Source: the human T2T-CHM13v2.0 reference genome, Homo sapiens. Taken from it: a DNA stretch of 64,000 nucleotides. Both the position numbers and the translations under genes were made by a program. A model generated the notes under the pieces. The model was given only the letters and a program-made list of their open reading frames with translations. It had not been told where the DNA came from and ran no database searches. The first letter of the stretch is position 1. The number at the start of each line of letters is the position of its first letter. The stretch lies in NCBI RefSeq assembly GCF_009914755.1, contig NC_060939.1; one strand, written 5' to 3'. Shown here one piece after another: positions 1 to 9,206 of this stretch.

Positions 1-920
1 ATGTCTTCTTTGTGGGAAAAACAAAACTAACCTTTTGCCTATTTTTGAATAGGTTATCATCATTATTGTTTTGCTTTGAATTGCAGAAGTTTCTTACACA
101 TTTTGGATATTAACTATCAGATATATGGCTTGCAAATATTTTTCTATTGTGTAGGATTTTTTAAAATTTTGGTTTTTTCCTTTACTGTACAGAAGCTGTA
201 CACTTTGATGCAGTCCCACTCTTTTGTATTTTCTTCTGTTGCTGTGTTTTTGATGACATACCAAATTGCCAAGACCAATATCAACAAGGTTTTTCCATAT
301 GTTTTATTCAGGAGTTTTAAGCTTTTATGTCTTACATTTAAGTCTTTTATTTTGAGTTAATTTTGGGGTATGGTATAAGAAAATTTTATTTATGGTATAG
401 TCTAATTTTATTCTTTTGCTTGTGGATATCCAGTTTTTCTGGTACCATGTATTGACAAGACTATACTTTCTGCATTGTATATTATTGGTGGCCTTGTCAA
501 AGATTAGTTGACCTTGTATGCATGAATATGTTTCTGGGCTCCCTATTCTGTTGCATTGGTTTTTGTATCTGTTTTTATGCACATACTATACTCTTTTGAT
601 TACCATGACCTTTAAGTAAAGTTTGAAATTAGAAAGTATGATGTCCCCAGCCTTGTTCTTTCTCAAGATTGCTCAGGTTATTTTAAGTTATTTAAGATAA
701 CACTTAAATTTTACAATTGTGTTTTCTATTACTGTGAAAAATGCCACTCAAATTTTGATAGGGATGACATTGAATCTCCATATCACTTTGGATAATATTC
801 CTTGACAATATTAGTTATCCTAATGGAATATGTTTTCATTTATTTTTACCTACTTCAATTTCTGTCATCAATATCTTAACTGTGTTAGTGTATACATTTT
901 TATCTCATCCTTTACATTTT
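1..920 (-). mobile_element. Old LINE-1 ORF2 fragment (degenerate)
   Basis: Minus-strand translation at 325..582 (QCNRIGSPET..QGQLIFDKATNNIQCRKYSLVNTWYQKNWIS..KRIKLD) resembles the L1 ORF2 C-terminal half; many stops. Confidence 0.85.
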
Positions 921-1133
<213 letters not shown>

Positions 1134-1399
1134 TGACCCAGCAGCACCCTTGTGACCCAGCTATGACCTTTCTTCTCAGCAACCCCAGAGGTAATCTTAT
1201 CAGCCTGGGGACCCAATAAAAGGAGATCTTTACTTGCCAAAGATAGTTTTTTTTAGTGGAGATGGGGTTTTGCCATAGTTTATAGAAACTGTTAAGAGTT
1301 GTTAGATCCTTCAAATATACAGACATGGGGCTGTTTCAGGGACCAAAGCTGAGGCCAAGATCCACAAGCATGCCTCCAGGGCCACAGCTTCTACCTTAA

Positions 1400-1865
1400 C
1401 ATATTACTGAAAGTTTGTATCAGAACAATTAGACAAGGAAAATAACAAAGCTTTCCAGCTTGGAATAAAAGTAAAAATGTTACTGTTTGTAGATAATATA
1501 ATTATGCGTATATACAAAACCCTAGAGTGAAACAACAAAAACTGAACTAATAAATGCATTCATTAAGGTATCAGGATACATGACCAACATAAAAATACTT
1601 GTGGGGTTTTTTTGTTTGTTTGAGATAGGGTCTCACTCTGTTGCCCAGGCTCATCTCAAACTCCTGTGCTCAAGTGATCCACCTTCCTTGGCCTCTAGCC
1701 TCTGAAAGTGTGCAGGGACTACAGAAATGAGGCACTGCACCTGACCCTACATACAAATATTTGTTGCATTTCCATATAGTAACAACAAACTTTCCAAAAA
1801 AGAGAGAAAGTTTCCAATTGCAATAGTATAAAAATAAGGAACTTAATCAAAATAAATGTAAAGTG
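1400..1865 (+). mobile_element. Old LINE-1 ORF2 RT-region fragment, opposite orientation to 1-920, interrupted by a FLAM
   Basis: cagaacaattagacaaggaaaa...ctgtttgtagataatataatt...aaaaccctaga...gaactaataaatg matches a degenerate RAIRQEKEIK..LFADDMI..ENP..ELINEFSKV stretch. Confidence 0.75.
1605..1746 (-). mobile_element. Alu monomer (FLAM-like)
   Basis: ttttgagatagggtctcactctgttgcccaggct-catctcaaactcctgtgctcaagtgatccacc...gcactgcacctgacc: single-arm structure. Confidence 0.75.
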
Positions 1866-1961
1866 ACCGAGCATAGTGGCTCACACCTGTAATGCCAGCA
1901 CATTGGGATGCCAAGGTGGGGAGATCACTTGAGGCCAGGAGTTCCAGACTAGCCTGGCCAT
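1865..1961 (+). mobile_element. Alu, 5' ~95 bp only
   Basis: gaccgagcatagtggctcacacctgtaatgccagcac...gatcacttgaggccaggagttccagactagcctggcca, then an abrupt break. Confidence 0.88.
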
Positions 1962-2939
1962 TGTGTCACAAGGGTGCTGCTAGGTCTGTTGTTTAAATGG
2001 CATATAGCAGCATTGTTTCATTTAAAGATGCAGTTTTCAAGAACCTATTTTGAACATTAAGTGAGAACTTACCATACATCTGTGTTTGAGTGATATGGGG
2101 TCTGCCTTTGATGGTTGTATTACCAGAGATTTGGACAGTCATGGATTCTTTCTGGGCCATGGAAAGATTAAATATCCTTGAGGACATTAATCTATATGGC
2201 AGGCAGTAGGGTAGGGTTTTACAGTTTGTCTGCATATGATGGCCCAAATACCATGTGTATGAATGGGATTGGCTTCTACTAACTACCTGGGAACAGGTTT
2301 CACAAGTCTCCATGTGGGTCCCTGAGTGTGTACAACTGGCCATGGACTGTGGCTGTGAGAGCTAGAACTGAGTCACAGGGCTGCTTCAAGGACCACAGTT
2401 GAGGCCAAGATCTGCAGGCCTGCCTCCAGGGCCATGGCTGGGTGTGTTTCCCTGCAAGTCACTTGATGGGAAGGACCACTTTTGGACTATAGCTGAAGGA
2501 GTTTGAGAGAGGTTGCAGAACTGCTTTGTAATCTTCAGTAAGACCAAGCTCGGTGCCCCATTTCCTTGTCTGTAGCCTTGTCTGTGGGCCCTTGAGTTGG
2601 CCACCTGGGTGAGGGCCTGCTTTTCCCAAATAACCCTTTTTGATCTTTGGCACCACTGAGGTTTCACAACCCTAACCATAGGCAAGCACTTTTCTACTTC
2701 CGTTTTCCAGGAGTTTACTATTTAAAATATCTTATATACATGGAATCATACACTGTCACTTTGTTGGTGTCTTATCTCACTTAAAATAATGGCTTTAAGA
2801 TTTATCCTTATTGTAGCATCTGACAAGATATTTTCATTTGATGCTAAAGAATATTTCATTGTATGTATAAGCCACATCTTTTTAAATCATTCATCTATTG
2901 AAGGGTGTTTGAGTTTTTTCACTTTTTGGCTTTTGTAAG

Positions 2940-3358
2940 TGATATAGTTTGGATCTGGGTCCCCATTCAAATCTCATGTCAAGTTGCAGTCCCTAGTGTT
3001 GGAGGTGGGCCTGGTGGGAGGTGATGGGATCGTAGGGTTGGCTTCTCACGAATGGTTTAGCAGCAGCCCCTTTGGTACTGTCTTTGCCATAGTGAGTGAC
3101 TTCTTCTGAGATCTCATTTTTCAAAAGCATGTGGCACCTTCCCTCTCGTGCTCTCTTGTTCCTGCTCCCACCATGTGAGATGACTCTCTGTCCCTTTTCT
3201 TTCTGCCATGACTGGAAGCTTTTCAAGGCCTCCCCTAAGCAGAAGCTGCTATGCTTGCCGTACAGCCTGCAGAACCATAAGCCAATTAAACCTCTTTTTA
3301 AAATAAATTACCAAGTCTCAGGAATTTTCTTATAGCACTGCAAGAATAAACTAATACA
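2940..3358 (+). mobile_element. MaLR solo LTR (MST/THE1 family, probably MST)
   Basis: Starts tgatatagtttggatctgggtcccc..aaatctcatg; ends ttatagcactgcaagaataaactaataca; ~420 bp with TG..CA ends. Confidence 0.85.
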
Positions 3359-4530
3359 GTGAATAAGGATGTGCAAATACTTCTTTCAGGTATACATTGC
3401 ATACTTTAAATAGATGCTCAGAAGTGGAATTACTGGGTCATACAGTAACTTTATTTTTAATTTTTGGAGGAACCTCCATACATTTTTCAGGTGGCTGCAT
3501 CACGTTTTTCCCACCAACAGTGTACAAGGGTTTCAATTTCTCTACATTGTTGACAATATATATTATTTTTTGTTTGCTTGATATTGGCCATCTTAATACA
3601 CAGTAATACCTCATTGTGGTTTTTCTTTACATTTTTCTAAAGATTAGAATTTTTTTTTCAATAATTGTGTATTTCATCTTTGGAGAAACATTTTCATCTC
3701 TTGTCTATTAGTCATGTAACTTTTTGTTTTTTTTTTGGAGTTGTTCTGGATGTTATCTTCTGTCAAATATATGTATATTTTGGCTTTTCTGCTGCTTAGG
3801 TGGGACTCTTACTAAAACTTTAATGTGGAGAGATAAATTTAATGTAGTCTTACTTTTCTGTGCTTTTGAATTTTTTGCTCATGTGTTTGATGTTACATGC
3901 AAGAAAACATTGCTGGGATCAATGTCATAATCTTCCTATATTTTCTTCTAAAGATTGTATAATTATAATTCTTACATTTAAATATTTAACTCATTCAAGA
4001 CAGTTTTTGTATATGATTCAGGGGAAGGATCCAACCTCAGTTTTTTCATATGGATATAGAGTTTTCCAACACCATCTATTGAAGAGACTGTCTTTCTCTT
4101 ATTGTGTGGTTATAGCAACCTTGTTGAAGATCATTTGAACATATACACAGTGGTTGGTTTTTGAGTTCTGTGTTCTGTTCCATCATCTATTTGTCTTCTG
4201 GCAAGTACCACACTGTTTTTATTTAGCTTTGTTATCTGTTCTAAAAACAGGAAACGTTGTGCCTGTAACTTTGTTCTTGTTTTCTAAGAATGTTTGGGCT
4301 ATCAGTGGTCCTTTGAAATTCAATGTAAAAGTTAAGAATTGTAAAAAATACTTTTTCACAAAGTATTATTTTTATTTTCATTAGGCTTACGTTGAATTTG
4401 AATATCACTGTGTAGTATGGTCATTTAACAATATCAAATCAACTGACACAGATAAGAATATGTTCAAGAGTGTGTTGAGTTTCACAGGTTTTTGGATTTG
4501 GCAATTTTGCTTCTGCTTTTGATTTCCAGT
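3359..4530 (-). mobile_element. Old LINE-1 (L1M-type) fragments; similar sequence at ~2690-2939 and ~4760-5270
   Basis: T-rich antisense L1 motifs (agaagtggaattactgggtcata, ttcccaccaacagtgtacaaggg, caacaccatctattgaagagactgtc). Boundaries approximate. Confidence 0.7.
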
Positions 4531-4574
4531 TTTATTACAGGTGGTATGAAAGGATGTGTTGTATAATTCAGTGT

Positions 4575-4700
4575 TGTATGATGAGAACTACGCTCAATAC
4601 TTTGATGACCAAATAATCTGTACAACAAACCTCCATGACAGAAGTTTGCCAGTATAAGAAACCTGCACATATACTCTGATCTTAAAGTTTAAAAAAAAAG
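4575..4700 (+). mobile_element. Short L1PA/L1PB 3' end with A tail
   Basis: aaataatctgtacaacaaacctccatgaca..agtttgcc..ataagaaacctgcacatatactctga..ttaaaaaaaaag. Confidence 0.75.
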
Positions 4701-5284
4701 GGTGGGGGGGTTGTTTTGCATTCTAACAGGTTGTCCATGAAACAACAGTTACTCATTTTCTTCTCCACTTAACCCCGACACAGTTTAGTCTTCTTTCTGT
4801 TTCTATGAGTTTAACTACTTTAGGTATCTTACATAAGTGGAATTATATCGTTTCTGTCCTTTTGTGCCTGGGCTTCTTCCACATAAATAAAGCCTTAAAA
4901 ATGTATCCTTATTGTGGATTTAACAAAATTTTCTGCTTTTAAGAAGCTGAGTAATATTTAATTATTTATATATTTGAAATTGTCTTTATTCATTTATTTA
5001 TTAAGAAAAGTTCTTTTCACTTACTTGCTTTTGTAGATAATGCTACCGTGAATATGGATGTGTAAATTACTCTTCATTTGATAATATATGCAAGGGACTA
5101 TTTGTGTTCTTTATTCTGTTTCACTGGTATTTTAAAATTGAGTTATAAAGTATTTCAATTACTATAACTTTATAATAGGTGTTTAAAATCAGGAGGTATG
5201 GTGCTTATGATGTTGTTTCTCTTTTTGACAGTTGTTCAGCACTTCTGGTCTCTTCAGTTCTGATATGATTTTAGGATTGCTTCT

Positions 5285-5555
<271 letters not shown>

Positions 5556-5984
5556 AGGATTGCGTCTTATGTTAATGCGAAATATGCATAGCTGTCATCC
5601 GAAGTATACCACCATTCCCTTCAGCACTCTACGTCAGAGGAGGCACGTCAGGGGAGACAAAATTCCTCTTCGGACAGTCCCTCAAAAGACAGGAATGTGG
5701 ACATATATTCCACATTTCTCTTTGTCTCCTGAGGAAGAAGCATAGAGTTGGGAGTTTCTCCTGGATTGCACCATGCTGTATTGGGAGGAGGTCAGGCTGC
5801 GCTGGGCATATCTAATAAGCTTTTTCTTCTCTTCTACATGTTTTTGGCATTGTGCTCAACTGAAGTAGTACAAATTCTTAACTATGTTCAGGAATTCTCA
5901 CAAAGGCAATGTGATCAGCGTGGTGTTAAGTTCATATATCTTTGAAGAAACGAGGACCAGTGGTGTTTGTTTTTACGCTTTTCA

Positions 5985-6209
5985 TTTTAAATTTATATTT
6001 TATTTTTTATTTTAATTTTTGTGAGTACGTAGTACCTATATGTATCTATGGATTATATCACTGATTTTGATGAAGGCATGAAATGCACAAAAATAACATC
6101 AGATAAATGGTTATTCATTGCCTCAACTATTTGTTCTTTATTTTACGAACAATCTAATAACATTCTTTTAGTTACTTAAAAATGTACAATTAAATTGCTT
6201 TGACTATAG
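5985..6209 (-). mobile_element. L1MA-type 3' end fragment, truncated by the array boundary
   Basis: T-rich tail, then ttttgtgagtacgtagt...ttttagttacttaaaaatgtacaattaaattg..tgactatagtcac. Confidence 0.65.
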
Positions 6210-6492
6210 TCACTCCCGACCAGAGAAAAACCCTGTAGACATTAGTCACTCCTCATTCTGTCTCAAACCCTCTCCCTGACCCTCAGCCCTAGGTAGCAAC
6301 TACCTAGTGCGATCAATCCCATATGCATAGATTACCATATTGTGGACATTTCCTATAAGCGGAATTGCACAATAGGGGAGCTGTTATGACTGACATAACA
6401 CGTAGCACAATATTTTCAAGATTCGTCCACATTGTAGGCTTACCCACAGGGGGAAACCATTTTATTGGGGGCTTTTAGTAACACCGGTGTTT

Positions 6493-6572
6493 TCTCCTTC
6501 CTTACGTCCTTCTTTCCTTCCTTCCTTCCTTCCTTCCTTCCTGATTTCCTTCTTTCCTTCCCTCCTTCCTCC
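6493..6572 (+). repeat. (CCTT)n microsatellite, present and length-variable in every unit
   Basis: ccttccttccttcc tracts at ~6495, 12790, 19100, 27135, 34270, 40955, 47665, 54955 and 62385. Confidence 0.95.
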
Positions 6573-6795
6573 TATTTCTCTCTTACTCCTTCTGCCCTCT
6601 CTCTTTCCTATGCCTTAGGTGCATCCCACATTCTGCGTTTTTTTGGGGAAATCCTCGACAGGTGCAGGAAAATTGTGTTATTGTAACAATTTACCGTTAT
6701 CTCTCTTTCACGGCTCTCCATCAGTTGTGAACATCTATTGGTTTATCCCAAGTCACTAAGCATATTTTCATTAGGTAAACCTGTTTTTCCTTCTA

Positions 6796-6927
6796 CAGCT
6801 GTTTCTGGAGTATAGGGTCGCATACTCATAAACCCAGTGTAACTCAGAAACGCATCTAATATTCCAGTAAACCCATCATAACGTTGAAAAATCGTAAATC
6901 AAACCATCATAAGTCACGGTTTGTCCG
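6796..6927. mobile_element. Internally deleted MER47/Tigger-like DNA transposon relic (each unit)
   Basis: ta|cag...ataaacccagtgtaa...aaacccatcataacgttgaaaaatcgtaaatcaaaccatcataagtc..gg..tgtccg resembles MER47 termini, from memory. Confidence 0.55.
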
Positions 6928-7314
6928 TGGATATGGGCGTCATCAATTCCATTGTATTCAGTAATGCTGTACACCATTAACAATGGCAGACTGATTGGGA
7001 GTGGATATTGATAGCATTATAAAAGTCAGTTATTAGAGGGATACTTCTTTAACCTGACTGAAGAACTGATCTAATGGCTTTAGTACAGTGCATGATTATG
7101 TGCGATGTTTTGAGACAGAGTAGTACATTTGTGAATGAAATTTTATGGCTTTTTTTTCACTTAGTAGGAACCATTGTGTGTGGAAAAGTGAGAAAATGGC
7201 TTTCTGCTGTAGGGTCTGGCATTCATTGTAGATGTAAGCTTATTTTTCTGTGAGCAAATCTTATTCAATAAAATACTACTCTTTATACTAAAAAACAAAA
7301 ACAGTGGCGATGTG

Positions 7315-7645
7315 TGGTCATTATCCTCAGCAAACTTATCCAGGGAAAGAAAACCAAACGCCACAACTCACTTATAATGGGAGCTGAAAAATGAGATCCC
7401 ATGGACACAGGAAGGGGAACAACACACACTGGGGCCTTCCGGGAGACAGAGCGTTAAGAAAAACAGCTACTGCATGCTGGGCCTAATACCTAGGTGATGG
7501 GTTGACAGGTGCAGCAAACCACCATGGCACACGTTTACCTTAGTAACAAATCTGCACATCCTGCACATATACCCCAGAACTTAGGAACGAAATGAAACAA
7601 AAGACAACGAAAAAGCAACAGCAAAACGCTAAAGGCAAAATAAAG
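7315..7645 (+). mobile_element. L1PA 3' end with decayed A-rich tail (each unit)
   Basis: cattatcctcagcaaact..ctcacttataa..ggacacaggaaggggaacaacacacactggggcct..ttgacaggtgcagcaaaccaccatggcacacgtttacct..ccccagaactta. Confidence 0.9.
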
Positions 7646-7789
7646 TTTCAAACTGAGAAAGTGACAGACCAACGTCTGGTTCAAATCATGGTTCTCAACC
7701 CAGGTGCCATAAGGTCAGGATAAAGGATGTGATTACATATTGTCAATAAGACATGCAGCAAATGACCAGAATGATTATTCTCAACATAT

Positions 7790-8250
7790 GTGTGTCTTCT
7801 AATTCAATGGTGACGCTATCTACCGGGACATAGCATTAGATTCCAAAGGGCCGAGTCCCGCCAGACAGGCCTCCCACACTAATAACAATGGGAAGCCCTA
7901 CGTTGCTTTACCTGTGCTTCTCAGCCACTGGCTATAAATCAGGTTGCCACCACTCCCAGATTTAGTTGCATTCATTTGCTGGAAGAGCTCACAGCACGCA
8001 GGGAAACACTTACATTTGCCGTTGTATTTTAGCGGACATTGCACAAAGTTCAGAAATAAATGTGGGGCCCGGCATGTGGGGAGGGGCGCACTACCTTCCA
8101 GGAAGTGTTATCCAGAAGCTCTCTGAACCCAGTCCTTTTGGGTTTTGATGGAGACCTCATTCTATAGGCATGATGGGTTAAACCATAAGCTATTGGTGAT
8201 CAACTCCACATGGGGCTCTCCACCCTCCCTGGAAATTGGGGTTGAGGCTT
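7790..8250 (-). mobile_element. MER21-like ERV LTR fragment (each unit)
   Basis: actggctataaatc..tttgctggaagagctcacag..cagggaaacacttac..gaagctctctgaacccagtccttttgggtttt..taggcatgat..ttggtgatcaactc resembles antisense MER21; boundaries approximate. Confidence 0.65.
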
Positions 8251-8802
8251 TGCCATTCTCAGTCTGACTAAAAGAATTTACCCAAACGGAATTTTAAAAC
8301 AGATGAGCATAACTGGAATCTTAATTAGATGATTGGATTATCTGGAGCCACACCTTGATATTCCTAACCCAAGCACCCTCATCCAACGAATGCTCCACCC
8401 AACTGGCTCCCAAGTCTCTACGTGGTTCCAGAGCAAAAGGATGTTGATACAACGCATATCTCCACCTTTTCTTCCAAGTCTTTTCGCTTACACGGAAAGA
8501 CTTCTTCAACTGCCATGCATCAGGGTCATGGGGAGGTCTTGTTACAACACAGATCTGCGGATCTCCGGCGTTTGACAGTGGCAAGGATGCTGCTGGTGTC
8601 AAAACCACAACGTGGGAACCACAGAACCACTAGTGGGTTTTCAGTGTTTCAGTGCATACAATTCCTAATATTTCTGGCCAAGAAAACTTGTAAGTTCTTA
8701 GATTGTCCCAAAGGTGGCGCATGAAATCAAAGCAGGAGAACAGTTTCCTACGAGGTGTAGCCTGGGAAAGTTGGGGTTGACTGATGGAAAGGAGGAGTGA
8801 AG

Positions 8803-8873
8803 CTCCGCCCTTTCCGCTGCTAGGCTGCGCCCGAGGCTATTTAAACCCACCCTGGCTGGCCTGTACTCAGATC
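8803..8873 (+). promoter_or_regulatory. Putative Pol II core promoter, copy 1 (GC box, TATA, Inr)
   Basis: ctccgccc at 8803-8810; TATTTAAA at 8838-8845; TCAGATC (YYANWYY) with its A at 8869, 31 nt after the first TATA base; locally CpG-rich. Confidence 0.7.
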
Positions 8874-8993
8874 TTCGCGGAGCGGATCAGCGGCAGGAGC
8901 GTTTGGCGGACTCTGCGTGGACTTGGAGCTCACAGCGTCTTGCGACTTGGAAGCGGGTTCAGAGGACAGGACAGAACACTTGGGCAAGTGAAT

Positions 8994-9146
8994 CTCTGTC
9001 TGTCTGTCTGTCTGTCTGTCTCATTGGTTGTTTGATTTCCATTTTCTTAAGGAGCACATACCTCACACCGCACACACACAAACACACACACGCACACACA
9101 CACGCACACGCACACGCACACACACGCACACACGCACACGCACACT
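8994..9146 (+). repeat. (TCTG)n and (CA)n/(CACG)n microsatellites in the leader or first intron (each unit)
   Basis: tctgtctgtctg at 8994-9021; cacacacaaacacacacacgcacacacacacgcacacg at 9063-9146. Confidence 0.95.
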
Positions 9147-9206
9147 CCTTCCTTCTGCGAGTTAGAACATTAGTAGGGGCCCCTGGGAGCTGCAGGTTTC
9201 CTAATC

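Noticed and set aside
1321-2440. Diverged ~65-bp direct repeat (1325-1388 vs 2375-2438)
   Set aside because: Probably internal repeats of an old L1 5' region displaced by the local rearrangement; no independent function is evident.
8869-8990. Pol III small RNA gene (snaR, vault or tRNA-like) in the CpG-rich segment
   Set aside because: No convincing A/B boxes or nearby T-run terminator; TATA-Inr spacing fits Pol II.
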